Origin: Candidatus Binataceae bacterium
GTDB lineage: Bacteria > Desulfobacterota > Binatia > Binatales > Binataceae
Assembly: GCA_030041155.1 (NCBI GenBank)
Contig: JASHOJ010000187.1
Location: forward strand, 1,446 to 65,445
Length of the DNA stretch: 64,000 nucleotides
Direction of reading: 5' to 3'
Shown here one piece after another: positions 8,973 through 18,822 of this stretch (its first letter is position 1; each line of letters begins with the position of its first letter). Under the pieces are notes generated by a model that saw only the letters and a program-made list of their open reading frames with translations, did not search any database and was not told the DNA's origin. Made by a program: the position numbers and the translations under genes.

Positions 8973-10108
8973 CGCGCGTTCTCCATAGTGTTCGCGGCGT
9001 CCGCATAGGGTCCCGAGAACACCAAGTCACGCGTGACCAGGACGCGGAAGTGATAGCCGGGCCTGATTTGGATCGTGGGAGCGACTTGGATGTTGGCCAT
9101 GTGCCCCATCGCCTGCTGGCCGAGCTGTTGCGCTGCTCCCATTGCGGCCATCTGGCCGGGATTCATCGAGTAGGCACCCGTGCCATACGCTCCGCTGGTC
9201 ATGGTGGGATAGTCCGACATCATCATTCCTGCGGAGATTGCCGACATGAGCAGCGCCGGCGCCCACACTTTGGCGTAGTGATGGTTCACTTGATCCTGAA
9301 AGCCGGCGTAACCCGATGCGTCGCTTCCCGTCAGATCTGGAAGATTGAGTTCGCCGCCGTTGGGAAACACGATGGTGCGCCACTTGACCATCAGGCGCTC
9401 CTGCGACGGAATGAGCTGATTGGAGTAGGAGCCGATGAGCTTGCTGCCCTGGGGAATCAGAACGTATCGTTCGCTCACACTGTCCTTCACGTCTTGGGCC
9501 ACGCGGCCAAGCACGTCGCCGGGTATGTCGGAATTAATTCCGGTCTCGAGCGTGCCGTAGATGACGGTCCCCGTCGTAATGCTGTAAGGCGATGCGGGAT
9601 GCGGGTCGGCGATGATCGGAGCGCCGCTTGGATTGCCGCCTTGTCCCTCCACTGGTTCGCCTCCCGCTGAAACCAGACGGGGCGTTTCCAGCACCTGTGA
9701 CTGTCCCTTCGGTGCCACGAGTAGATCTGATGCGAGCGCCTTCTCATATTCTTCGCGACGATGTTCAGCGGCAGGGTTCGGCGCTGTAGGAGGAACATAG
9801 TTCTGCGCTGGCGGCTGGTACTGCGGGACGGGTGTGGCGACCGCCTGCATAGTCGGGGACGGGCTGGGCGACGCAGCAGAAGCTTCCGCATGCGCGACAC
9901 GGTTGGACTCATGATCGATCCAACTATCGTCGGCCTTCTGATAGCTGACGTTTTTCTTTGGCTGCGTGACCTGTCCCGCGTAGTGGATCGCGAGCACGCC
10001 GCCCAGTGTCCCGACGCCGAGCAATCCTGCGATCGCCAGCCCCCACCAGGGCTTGAGTCTGTGAACGAGTTCCTCGGGCTTGACGGTTCGTGGTTGCGTT
10101 TGATCCAT
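8969..10108 (-). CDS. trbI: TrbI / VirB10
   Basis: N-terminal TM helix, Pro/Gln-rich linker, and a conserved C-terminal VirB10 domain ('TGTVIYGTLETGINSD...RVLVTRDLVF'). Confidence 0.85.
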   Translation of the reverse strand: MDQTQPRTVKPEELVHRLKPWWGLAIAGLLGVGTLGGVLAIHYAGQVTQPKKNVSYQKADDSWIDHESNRVAHAEASAASPSPSPTMQAVATPVPQYQPPAQNYVPPTAPNPAAEHRREEYEKALASDLLVAPKGQSQVLETPRLVSAGGEPVEGQGGNPSGAPIIADPHPASPYSITTGTVIYGTLETGINSDIPGDVLGRVAQDVKDSVSERYVLIPQGSKLIGSYSNQLIPSQERLMVKWRTIVFPNGGELNLPDLTGSDASGYAGFQDQVNHHYAKVWAPALLMSAISAGMMMSDYPTMTSGAYGTGAYSMNPGQMAAMGAAQQLGQQAMGHMANIQVAPTIQIRPGYHFRVLVTRDLVFSGPYADAANTMENAR

Positions 10109-10111
10109 CGC

Positions 10112-10987
10112 TTAGGCTCCCGTCCGTGCAATCGTTATCTGCTGCTGCTCCTTGCCGGTGCCTGATACCAGCACCGCCTCTTTGAAGAGGCGGTCAACAA
10201 CGTAGTAGCGGCCTTTGACCTGGTAGTTGACCAACGCATCGGCGCCGTCCGCATTGACCATCAGCGTGGGTGCATCAGACGCCAGTAAGGTCTGCGGCAT
10301 CTCGATGTAGACGCGCTCGCCATCGTCGAAGGTCTGTACCGGCTTCCATGGAACGTTGGGGCCGGAAACGGTGTAGGCGAAGTTGAGCTTTGCTAGGGGA
10401 GTGGGCGTTGCGGCCTCGCGCGCTTTGCGCTCAAGTTCGCTCTTTCTGTTTGTTTCGGCAGCGATGACCTCCTTGGGATAGTAGAAGGCGATGCGGGGCA
10501 TATATTTCCCGCTGGACTTTAGAGTCAGATGATAGGTATGGCGGCTGGTAAGAATGATGAGGTTGGTCGTGATGCTCGCCGCCTTGGGCTTCACCAGCAC
10601 GCGCCCATCGACCGCCTGGATCATCCAACGCTCGGTATCGCCGGCGGCTGCATCGTCAGCACTCTCACCTGGCGCCAACAGAATCTCCGTGACGCGGAGC
10701 GGTTCGCATAGGACAACGAAATCAGCATCTGCTTCATACGGAAACCGCGTGGTGATGCCTTCGTGAAGCACGGGCGGCTGTCCGCTCCGCTGATAAGTTG
10801 CTATTGCGGTTCGGACATCAGCAGGCTGCTTATCGAGCACGCTTTCGGGCGGGAGCGGCGCTGGTTCGGATTCCAGCAACTTGGCTGGTACTAATTCGAT
10901 CGGCTGGGCAGGTTGCCGTGCCGAGCATCCTGACAGAATTGCTGTGGTTATGATTGCTGCGCTTATAAAGGCCGATTTACATTTCAT
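10112..10987 (-). CDS. trbG: TrbG / VirB9
   Basis: Lipoprotein-type signal 'MKCKSAFISAAIITTAILSGCS' and a VirB9 C-terminal domain. Start at an internal Met that overlaps the trbF stop. Confidence 0.85.
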   Translation of the reverse strand: MKCKSAFISAAIITTAILSGCSARQPAQPIELVPAKLLESEPAPLPPESVLDKQPADVRTAIATYQRSGQPPVLHEGITTRFPYEADADFVVLCEPLRVTEILLAPGESADDAAAGDTERWMIQAVDGRVLVKPKAASITTNLIILTSRHTYHLTLKSSGKYMPRIAFYYPKEVIAAETNRKSELERKAREAATPTPLAKLNFAYTVSGPNVPWKPVQTFDDGERVYIEMPQTLLASDAPTLMVNADGADALVNYQVKGRYYVVDRLFKEAVLVSGTGKEQQQITIARTGA

Positions 10988-11649
10988 GAGCCTTGCTCCT
11001 CGCTCCAGTCGATCTGAGTCACATAAAGGCCGATCGGATTGCTGAGCATGTGATCGGGGTCGGGCGCCGCAAGCTGCACCGCGAGCAAGGCGCGCCAACG
11101 GGCGGTCGACAGCACGTCGCCATTCAGGCTCCGTGTGGTTTCTGTCCAGCGAACCTCGTAGGTGCCGCTAGGCGCACGCAATACCGAATCGACCTCGGCC
11201 TGAATCGTCTCCTTGCTCGCAAGTTCGAATGGCGGGTGGTTGCGATACCAGACCGGCAGTACCGTAGCTGCCTCGCCGCGCGCCATGTCATAAACACGAT
11301 GAAGGGCCGCTTTTTCTTCTGCGCCGTCGCCAAGCACGCTGCGGGCATCGGTGATGAACCGTGCGAGCTCGAACCTGATCACCGCTTCGTTTTCCGATTG
11401 ATCGGCGGCCAATGGCTGTAGGAGGCCGCTGACCTCGCCCGCCTTATCCAGCTCGATGACGTAGGGAACGACGCGCGGTTTGCGGGCGAGATACAGTCCC
11501 AGCGTGGTTGAGAAAAGTAACGCGAGCGCCATTGCGATCATGCTGTGGCGTAGTATCTGGTTGCCGCGTTCGAGACGTTCGTACTCCGACCGGAGTGCAG
11601 CCGACGCAGCGAGATATGGACTGTCTGATTTGGCGTTGAAGGTCGTCAT
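10984..11649 (-). CDS. trbF: TrbF / VirB8
   Basis: '...LAASAALRSEYERLERGNQILRHSMIAMALALLF' N-terminal TM helix plus NTF2-like VirB8 body. 221 aa. Confidence 0.8.
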   Translation of the reverse strand: MTTFNAKSDSPYLAASAALRSEYERLERGNQILRHSMIAMALALLFSTTLGLYLARKPRVVPYVIELDKAGEVSGLLQPLAADQSENEAVIRFELARFITDARSVLGDGAEEKAALHRVYDMARGEAATVLPVWYRNHPPFELASKETIQAEVDSVLRAPSGTYEVRWTETTRSLNGDVLSTARWRALLAVQLAAPDPDHMLSNPIGLYVTQIDWSEEQGS

Positions 11650-11670
11650 ACGAGGGCTCCATGGCAGCGC

Positions 11671-12891
11671 TTACAGCTTGCTTGTTCCTTTGCCGTTGCC
11701 ATTGATGCGGCTCGTGGCTGGCGCCTTGCTACCAAGAGCCGACGTACCCGTTTGGCTGAGAGCTCCGGTTTTCGGCCAATCGTTGTTGAATCCTTGCGTT
11801 TGTGATGTCGATCCAAGAGGTGTGGTGCGTTTGCTCAAGTCCTCAGTGGTGGGAGCCGGAGGCGGTTTCAGCTGATCCTCCCGCTGCTTGTCCCACAAGC
11901 GCATCGCACGGGTCGCGCCTTCGTCGGCAAGATTGATGACACCGTTGAAGGCCTGGCCGCCCAATTTGCCGGCGACCTCAAGCGCCTTGGGTATGGCCTT
12001 GGCGCCGTCGCGGATCGCGCTGGCCAACGTGGTGCCAAGAATGATGTCACCCAACGTGGAGCTTACGGTGTGATCGACGATCTGTGCTGCTTTGGTGGGA
12101 ATCCGCGCGGTGATAACCGCGAGAAGGAAGGCCTCAACCGCCGCTTCGATGCCGTAGTACCAGTTGGTCATCAGCTCTGTGACGTGCCTCCCGCTGTCCA
12201 CTGTCCAGTTTCTGGCGAGCTGCGTGCCGACGCCTACCATCAGGTAAAGGAAGAACAGCCTGACGGCGATTCCGAGTGCCCAGCCGAAGTAGCCTTCGCC
12301 AAAGCGCCAAGTGAACCGGGTACCGGAAGTTGCTACCAGCGCGGTTCCCGCTACGCAGGCGACATAACCTTCGACGAGAGTTTCCAGCAGGATGCAGGCG
12401 ATGATCGCGAAGCACACGAGGATGATGAGAGCGGAGAGAAGTAGGAGGAGCGCATTGAGGGTGGCGCTAGGATGAAATACGGTCCATCCCGACGCGATCG
12501 CCTGCAGAAGGATCAGCGATAACTGAAAGCCCTGCGTCATGACGCCGCCGGGGGTCATCGCGCTAGCCGGCACGTGACCCGCAACTGACGCCCAACCGGT
12601 AAAGCTTAAGATCACGCCGTTCTGCAAAAAGTCGGGGCCGTACTTAAAGAGCGTGAACATCGCCATGACGCCCGCGATAGTTCGCACCAGATCGATCGCA
12701 AGCTGATCGAAGTCGCGTCGAAGCGTGCCGGTGATTCCAACGAGAATGAGTTCGATAGCCGCGAGCATGTAGAAGAGATTGGTTCCGATGCTGTACAGAC
12801 CTCCCAGCCATGTCGCGGTGACCGTCTGGAATTGGGTGAGTACGTCTTGAAAGACGCCGAATTGGGTTGGAGGCATTTTACTGTCCCTCAC
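11671..12891 (-). CDS. trbL: TrbL / VirB6
   Basis: Polytopic membrane protein with a Gly/Thr/Ser-rich C-terminal tail, typical of TrbL. 406 aa. Confidence 0.8.
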   Translation of the reverse strand: MRDSKMPPTQFGVFQDVLTQFQTVTATWLGGLYSIGTNLFYMLAAIELILVGITGTLRRDFDQLAIDLVRTIAGVMAMFTLFKYGPDFLQNGVILSFTGWASVAGHVPASAMTPGGVMTQGFQLSLILLQAIASGWTVFHPSATLNALLLLLSALIILVCFAIIACILLETLVEGYVACVAGTALVATSGTRFTWRFGEGYFGWALGIAVRLFFLYLMVGVGTQLARNWTVDSGRHVTELMTNWYYGIEAAVEAFLLAVITARIPTKAAQIVDHTVSSTLGDIILGTTLASAIRDGAKAIPKALEVAGKLGGQAFNGVINLADEGATRAMRLWDKQREDQLKPPPAPTTEDLSKRTTPLGSTSQTQGFNNDWPKTGALSQTGTSALGSKAPATSRINGNGKGTSKL

Positions 12892-13384
12892 TGCTGAAAT
12901 TCGGATCTGGAATCCCCTTCGGGATCACTGCTCCTGATGGGCACTGCCAGGTGGATGACCCCGGTTTGAGATAACTCGGGTAGTTTGTGGTGCATCCAGC
13001 AGCGTCCATTTCACGGAAAGGCAGCCACTCTTTGCGGACAAAGTCGTACTGGTAGCCACGGTGAAACATTTCATCGTTCTTGGCCGCGGCTCGGTTCCCT
13101 TCCTCAGCTTTTTTGCGCTGATCCGCCCGCATGATGTCGTTGACGGATAGGCAGTTCGGATAGTTGGCAAGTACGGTTTGCCCGCACAGCCGCTTCGCTT
13201 CTCGCCACGCGGAGGTATTCGCGTCGTGTTCGCGTTGCCAGAAGGTCCGGTCAAACTGAGTTGTAGGAATGGTACTGCCCAACGCTGTAATGGCCTCTTG
13301 ACTTTTCGCCGGCGACTCACCAGGCCGGGGTTTGCACGCAGCAAGCACGGTCACCGCAAGCGCGATTGCGAGACTCTTTTTCAA
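12878..13384 (-). CDS. Lipoprotein, putative entry-exclusion TrbK-like
   Basis: 'MKKSLAIALAVTVLAACKP' lipobox. Located between trbJ and trbL, as in Tn4371-like ICEs. Confidence 0.45.
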   Translation of the reverse strand: MKKSLAIALAVTVLAACKPRPGESPAKSQEAITALGSTIPTTQFDRTFWQREHDANTSAWREAKRLCGQTVLANYPNCLSVNDIMRADQRKKAEEGNRAAAKNDEMFHRGYQYDFVRKEWLPFREMDAAGCTTNYPSYLKPGSSTWQCPSGAVIPKGIPDPNFSSEGQ

Positions 13385-14088
13385 GGCTCGACTCCTCCTG
13401 CGTTCAGGAATTGGCTCGCTTGCACGACGCCTTGGGTGTCCGTGCTGAGGCGCGCGCCCCGATCCACCGCTTCCGCGTTGATGAGTGTGATCAACAGCTG
13501 GCGGATGAGCTGAAGCTGCTGTGCCTGGGCGAGGAGGATTTCATTGGTCACCTGCGCCGCCTGAAGCCGCCCGCTCACTGACGCGTTTCTGGATTCCAGC
13601 GCCGTAAGCTGCTGATCCTCATACTGGAAGTGCGCCGCCTGCTGTTGCGCCACGGCCAGTGCGCCGCCCAGTGTGCCGAGGGTTAGCGCGGCGAGCTGCT
13701 GCATATGTTGAGCGGCATTGACCGGCGGCGAAACGGCACCGGGAAAGTCTGCCTTGAACTGCTGCGCCGCATTGGGTGATGCGTAGCAGAGTCCTCCGGA
13801 CTGGCTCATCGTGCTCCCAAGGCCATTCAGGAGTCCTAGTTGCGATTGCCAAAGGCCCGAGTCGCCGGTCGTAGTGTTCTGCGCGGCGAGGTCGGCAATG
13901 CGTGTCTCCTGGCTAAGCTGCTCCGCTTGCCGGCCATACATCTGAGGATCGCTGACGATAACCGGACAACCGCAGGTGCCGCCGAACTGCGCGTGTGATT
14001 GCGGGACTTCGACAACCAAGGCGGCGGCAATAAAAACTAAGCTGGCGATTCGGCGCCGCCTTGCGCGCCGGATAAAGAAAACCTTCAT
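13381..14088 (-). CDS. trbJ: TrbJ / VirB5
   Basis: Internal Met 'MKVFFIRRARRRRIASLVFIAAALV' signal peptide followed by coiled-coil Q/A-rich sequence. Start overlaps the trbE stop. Confidence 0.75.
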   Translation of the reverse strand: MKVFFIRRARRRRIASLVFIAAALVVEVPQSHAQFGGTCGCPVIVSDPQMYGRQAEQLSQETRIADLAAQNTTTGDSGLWQSQLGLLNGLGSTMSQSGGLCYASPNAAQQFKADFPGAVSPPVNAAQHMQQLAALTLGTLGGALAVAQQQAAHFQYEDQQLTALESRNASVSGRLQAAQVTNEILLAQAQQLQLIRQLLITLINAEAVDRGARLSTDTQGVVQASQFLNAGGVEP

Positions 14089-16547
14089 GACTCCTGCTCC
14101 TGCCGTGCGACTCCATCGAGGAAGGATGGAATGGAATTCGTAGCCAAGGGTTTGGAAATCACGTGCGCTCCAAAGTCGGTCAATCCACGATCGGCGAGCC
14201 AAGCCTCTACGAAGTCGTCGGCCCCATGGGCGAGTAGCTCGCGAGCTCGCTGCACATCGCGATGACTGGTCGATCCGCACAGCGCCAGAGCGATTGGGCC
14301 TAGGTCCAGATTGAAAAGCCGGCTTCCGAGCGGCGAGGTGTAGTAGTACTGCGAGCGCGGGGTAGCACGCGCGATGATCTCGATCTGGCGCCGGGTCAGC
14401 CCAAGCTTGAGGTACGAATCTCTGACGTGTTCGCCGCGCGCCTCTGGATTAGGCAGGAAAATCTTCGCCGGACAGCTTTCCAAGAGGAGATTGCAGTTTG
14501 GAGATGATGCGATCTCGGTGAGGCTCTGGGTCGCCATCACGATGCCGGCGTTGCGCTTGCGGAGCGTCCGGAGCGCTCCATAGAACCAGTCGGCGGACAC
14601 CGGGTCGTTAAGCAGCCGCCAGGCCTCGTCAATGAAGATCAGCATCGGTTCGCCGGTGCATTCCCGCTCAATTTCATGCAACAACCATTCGAGCGCGGGT
14701 GCCGCGGCGCGTTCACCCAGTGCCATCAATCCGCGAGTCTCGTAGACGCGGAGGGTGCACTCGCCCAAATTGCCTGGTTCGCCGTCGAAGACTTGGCCCC
14801 AGGGGCCTAGCTCGGTGTACTGGGTGAGAATCCGACGGAGCGCATGAATCTGAACCATGCCTGCCAGATGCCGCATGCGGCGAAGTCTCTGGCTCGCACA
14901 AAGCTCGATTGAGCGCGCAAGCTCTTCCTGGTCCTCAGCACTCAGCGCGGTTTGCCAACGCGCGAACAGACGATCCGAAAATGCCAACAGAAATTGATCT
15001 TCCTCGTCGGATGAACCTGCTCGCTCCAGCGGACAGAGCGCCGGCGTGCCCTCGTTGCCAAGGTCGCGGTAATCCGCCCCAAGCGCGTGTACAGCGGCGA
15101 ACGACGAGTAATCGAAGTCGATCCAGCGGACGCGCGCAGCCTTGAGCGCAGTCCACGCCATCGCGAGCAGTGCCAACAGAACGGACTTTCCGGCTCCAGT
15201 CGGACCGATAACCAACATGTGAAGCAATCCGCCGCCGGAGTGTGGCGGGAGCCAGAAGGGAGCGTGCCCAGCCGAGCAACAGACCAATGGCGCCGGCGTG
15301 TCTGGTGGAAAATGCGGTGAATCGATGGTCGGCGTTCCCGGCCACGGCTCGCTCACCAGCGCGAGATGAGCGAAGTTGATCCCACTTATGAGAGGACGCG
15401 ATACGTCCGACCAACCGTTGCCGGGTTGTGGGCCTTTAAAGGCTTCAACCGCGTTAACATCTTCGACACGCGCGCCGATGCCTGCGTTCTGCAGACGCCT
15501 GACCAGTTCCCGAGCTTGCAGGTCGGCCCGGCGCGCGTCCTCGTCGAAAATCAACGCCCACATGCTGAGAAAGCCGAAGGGAGTTCCGCTTGCGGCGTGG
15601 GCGATCACTTCCTCGGCATCGGCCACCATTTCGTCGGCGTAGCGGTTGGCGCGAGTTCGCGGCACATTCATTGCGGCAAGGATGATCTGCATCAGCCCTT
15701 GGCGCCGCCGCGCCCATTGACCGCGCACTTGGTTGCCGTGGCGTTGACTTGTAACCGCATCAAGCGGAATCCAGCGCAGCGTGAAGCGCATGCGCCCGCG
15801 CTCATTCAGAACGAACCACAAGAGTTGCGGGATGGTCTCGGCCGGATAGCTGTTGATCGCGACCGGCCGAATATGAAGCTGGCCAACTCGGGGATACAGG
15901 CCGCCAAAGAAAGTCTGATCCGCCAGCACTTCATCCAGATGGACCGCAACGGACGGCAGAACGATCGGATGCTCCAGTCCGGTTAGGCACAGGTGCAGAT
16001 CGTGAAACATCTCGGCCGAAGTGAGTCGGCGCACTCGCGCGACTCCTGACAGGGCGTCGCCGAAGGCACGGGCGCGTTCACGAAACCGCTCGATCTCGTA
16101 CTGCCAACTTGATGAACTTTCGGCGCCACGGCCGGCGAAAAAGGCCGATGAGGCTCGCGCTTTGGCCTCCGCCGGAAAATAATGACTCAAGTAAATGCGG
16201 CTGCAAGTAACCCAGTAGCGTTCATTGCCGAACGCAGCCCGCCGCTCCGCGTCGACCAAAGCTGCGGCTCTCGTGGGAAACTCCCGTTCAGGATAGTTCG
16301 GCGCAGGTAGTCGATGATGGACGACGTGGAGCATGTCCATGTCGCCCAACAGGGCGAGCGCGTGTTCGAAGCGCTCGCAGATGGTTTCCACCTCCTCCGC
16401 CGACAGTGACTCGAAATCATCGTGTCGAATTTCCCATGCGACCATCAGGCCGCCGGGCTTGAGGAACGCCTCGCCTTCCGCCAGGAACGCGCTTGCCTGA
16501 ACGATATCCGCCAGCGAATGATCGATGCTCGACTTCCAGAGACTCAT
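14085..16547 (-). CDS. trbE: TrbE / VirB4 ATPase
   Basis: Large VirB4-family ATPase with Walker A 'GPTGAGKS'. Start at an internal Met (MSLWKSSIDHSLADI) that overlaps the trbD stop. Confidence 0.9.
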   Translation of the reverse strand: MSLWKSSIDHSLADIVQASAFLAEGEAFLKPGGLMVAWEIRHDDFESLSAEEVETICERFEHALALLGDMDMLHVVHHRLPAPNYPEREFPTRAAALVDAERRAAFGNERYWVTCSRIYLSHYFPAEAKARASSAFFAGRGAESSSSWQYEIERFRERARAFGDALSGVARVRRLTSAEMFHDLHLCLTGLEHPIVLPSVAVHLDEVLADQTFFGGLYPRVGQLHIRPVAINSYPAETIPQLLWFVLNERGRMRFTLRWIPLDAVTSQRHGNQVRGQWARRRQGLMQIILAAMNVPRTRANRYADEMVADAEEVIAHAASGTPFGFLSMWALIFDEDARRADLQARELVRRLQNAGIGARVEDVNAVEAFKGPQPGNGWSDVSRPLISGINFAHLALVSEPWPGTPTIDSPHFPPDTPAPLVCCSAGHAPFWLPPHSGGGLLHMLVIGPTGAGKSVLLALLAMAWTALKAARVRWIDFDYSSFAAVHALGADYRDLGNEGTPALCPLERAGSSDEEDQFLLAFSDRLFARWQTALSAEDQEELARSIELCASQRLRRMRHLAGMVQIHALRRILTQYTELGPWGQVFDGEPGNLGECTLRVYETRGLMALGERAAAPALEWLLHEIERECTGEPMLIFIDEAWRLLNDPVSADWFYGALRTLRKRNAGIVMATQSLTEIASSPNCNLLLESCPAKIFLPNPEARGEHVRDSYLKLGLTRRQIEIIARATPRSQYYYTSPLGSRLFNLDLGPIALALCGSTSHRDVQRARELLAHGADDFVEAWLADRGLTDFGAHVISKPLATNSIPSFLDGVARQEQES

Positions 16548-16864
16548 GGCATCCACCTCGGGAGCGGAGGGACGGTAGGCTTTGGCTTCTCCGGAGAGCC
16601 CCACGCTCGTCCGTGCGCCAGCCGGATTGCCGGCTCGCGCAGATGACGGAGATAAATGACCGGCCATTCCGGATGACGCTTGGCCGCCGCTCGAAGCGCC
16701 CACTGGACGCTCAGCGCGATGCCGATGGCGAGCACGAGGGTCCACCAGCGAAGCCCGGTCGACAGAATCGCCAGCGCCAGCACCACGTTGATCACCGTGA
16801 GCCGCGGATGACCGCCGCCAAGCAGCGGCGCACGCACCATCGACTGATGAACCGCGGCGCGCAT
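16544..16864 (-). CDS. trbD: TrbD / VirB3
   Basis: 106 aa two-TM protein, placed between the pilin gene and VirB4 with overlapping start/stop codons. Confidence 0.7.
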   Translation of the reverse strand: MRAAVHQSMVRAPLLGGGHPRLTVINVVLALAILSTGLRWWTLVLAIGIALSVQWALRAAAKRHPEWPVIYLRHLREPAIRLAHGRAWGSPEKPKPTVPPLPRWMP

Positions 16865-17166
16865 CAGTTAATCACCGCCGCGAGTCCCAGATAGGTCATG
16901 ATGTTGAGCGCCGCACCGGCGAGCGCGCCGCCCGCAATGACCCCAACCAGCGCCTTGGCCGCCGGGCCGAACTCCTGCCAGAACGTCCAACCTATTCCGG
17001 CGACGATGATCCCGGCCGCGAGCATCGCGTGAGCCAGTCCGCCCTGCATGCCGTTGATCAGAGTGGTCAGGGGTCCATCCCACGGCAGGCCCGTCGGCGT
17101 ATATGCGAGAGCCGAAGTGGCGTACACCAATAGGAATGTCGTGGTAAGAACGATTGACTTGCGCAT
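16864..17166 (-). CDS. trbC: TrbC / VirB2 pilin
   Basis: Internal Met 'MRKSIVLTTTFLLVYATSALA' signal peptide followed by a hydrophobic, Gly/Ala-rich pilin body. Confidence 0.65.
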   Translation of the reverse strand: MRKSIVLTTTFLLVYATSALAYTPTGLPWDGPLTTLINGMQGGLAHAMLAAGIIVAGIGWTFWQEFGPAAKALVGVIAGGALAGAALNIMTYLGLAAVIN

Positions 17167-17402
17167 CACCAACCTCCTGAAAAAGCGGGCGACAAAAGCA
17201 GCGCCGCTTGGATTCCGAACGTCAGAAGCAACAGGACAGTTACGAACATCGCTAAGGGGTAAGGCGCGTCGCTCAGGGCGAAGATGAACCACGCGATTAG
17301 AACCGCCGCTGTGAGCGCCGGCAGCTGGGCAGCATGGAGGGCTGCCAAAAAAATCAGGACCTGATTACCAAGAGCCGCTTCAGTCATTGGTCTCGTCTCC
17401 AT
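17166..17402 (-). CDS. Small two-TM membrane protein (hypothetical)
   Basis: 78 aa, hydrophobic. Its stop overlaps the trbC start, suggesting translational coupling. There is no counterpart in canonical IncP trb operons. Confidence 0.3.
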   Translation of the reverse strand: METRPMTEAALGNQVLIFLAALHAAQLPALTAAVLIAWFIFALSDAPYPLAMFVTVLLLLTFGIQAALLLSPAFSGGW

Positions 17403-17659
17403 AGACCTGAGTAGTTTTGAGCTGTCCCTTCTCCGCTGATGGAGTTAGCGAGGACGCAGCCCAGGCAGAACAGACCGGCGATTACGTAAGCTCCAACTGG
17501 TCCGACGAAGAACGCATGAACGCTCGGGTACTGCAGGAAGGGAACCGGATCGTAGACGCACATAAACTCACCATGGGCGTAAGCGTCGGCCTGCCTCGCG
17601 AGGAGCTTGGCCCATCGCTCAGGCGTGTCGAAGGTTGCGACCCAGCGAAGCACGAGCAT
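17384..17659 (-). CDS. Hypothetical small membrane protein
   Basis: 91 aa with a hydrophobic C-terminal half, located between trbB and trbC. Confidence 0.25.
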   Translation of the reverse strand: MLVLRWVATFDTPERWAKLLARQADAYAHGEFMCVYDPVPFLQYPSVHAFFVGPVGAYVIAGLFCLGCVLANSISGEGTAQNYSGLWRRDQ

Positions 17660-17719
17660 GTCGAGCGAGACGGCAGCGAGCAGAAACGCCGGCGTTCTTC
17701 AATATCCTGGTACAACGCA

Positions 17720-18673
17720 TCAGTCCGCTCTCTCCTTGATCTCTTTCAGCCGATACCCGCCGTTCGGGGCGCAGCCTTCCACCCGCACCATCTCCTCGAT
17801 CCTTCGTGCGCCATCCGGACGGCGAGAAATGAAAATCAGTAAATCGACGCTCTCGGCGATAAGCCGACGACTCGGCGGAACGCCCGCCTCCTCGACCAAG
17901 CTCTCCAGTCTGAGCAACGCGGCAGGCGCACTGTTGGCGTGAATCGTGGTGAAACCGCCGGAATGGCCGGTATTAAACGCCTTCAAGAGGTCCAGCGCTT
18001 CTGCTCCACGAACCTCGCCGACGATGATGCGATCCGGGCGCATGCGCAGCATCTCGCGGACGTGACGGCGCATATCGGCCCGACCGCGTGCAAGCCGGCG
18101 GATCGCATTGTTCGCACTGATCTGAAGTTCCGGTTCGTCCTCGATGATGCCGAGCCTTTCATCGGGCGACGTTTTCAGCAGCTGCGCAACCATTGCGTTA
18201 AGCAGCGTGGTCTTCCCGGCACCGGTGGCGCCAATGGCCACAATGTTGAAACGTCGTCGAATCGCGTTGTCGATAACGTGGAGTTGCCAGGGGGCGGCGA
18301 TGAAGTCACCAAGTGGTCTCACCGCCCGCCAATGCAGGCGAATCGAAAAGGTCGGTCCATCAGATACCGGAGGCAGCGCTGCCGAAAAACGCGCGCCATT
18401 GGGCAGGATCATGTTGATGAACGGGGCATCGCGCTCGATGGTTTTGCCGACACTCGCCGCGAGCAGGCGGATACCCGCCTCGACTTGCGCGGCTGGCAGC
18501 GCAACGCCCAGTGCCCGCATGTCGCCCGCACCTAGGTCCGCAAACAGCGGACAGCTCCGCTCAGCCCTGTCGTAGTTGGCCGAGACCTCCTGGGGCTTGC
18601 CCTGGAGCAACCTCTCGATTTCCAGCAGTTCCGCAGCTTGCCGCCACAGGAACTTATCGTGGCTCTGCATCAT
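17720..18673 (-). CDS. trbB: TrbB / VirB11 ATPase
   Basis: '[18 protein letters not shown]' Walker A and '[11 protein letters not shown]' typical of the VirB11/PulE family. Confidence 0.9.
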   Translation of the reverse strand: MMQSHDKFLWRQAAELLEIERLLQGKPQEVSANYDRAERSCPLFADLGAGDMRALGVALPAAQVEAGIRLLAASVGKTIERDAPFINMILPNGARFSAALPPVSDGPTFSIRLHWRAVRPLGDFIAAPWQLHVIDNAIRRRFNIVAIGATGAGKTTLLNAMVAQLLKTSPDERLGIIEDEPELQISANNAIRRLARGRADMRRHVREMLRMRPDRIIVGEVRGAEALDLLKAFNTGHSGGFTTIHANSAPAALLRLESLVEEAGVPPSRRLIAESVDLLIFISRRPDGARRIEEMVRVEGCAPNGGYRLKEIKERAD

Positions 18674-18771
18674 GACCGGCTTGCCTCATGCTTCGTCGCC
18701 GACCCTCTTACAGCATCCAGAATCCCCGATGAAATAACTCTGAGACTCTGAACTTTTGTAAGTGTGAAATC

Positions 18772-18801
18772 GTTGTATCGAAAAAAAGAGGCACCTGTCA
18801 A
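18772..18801 (-). promoter_or_regulatory. Putative sigma70-like promoter of the trb operon
   Basis: On the minus strand, TTGACA (18801-18796), an 18-nt spacer, then TACAAC (18777-18772), about 100 nt upstream of trbB. The -10 match is weak. Confidence 0.25.
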
Positions 18802-18822
18802 GCGCCTCGACGTCCAAATATT

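Noticed and set aside
8951-10165. Plus/minus ORFs overlapping trbI (8951..9670, 9487..10131, 9761..10165)
   Set aside because: Alternative frames or antisense of a strongly supported VirB10 gene.
15366-15986. 206-aa plus-strand ORF
   Set aside because: Antisense to the VirB4/TrbE ATPase.
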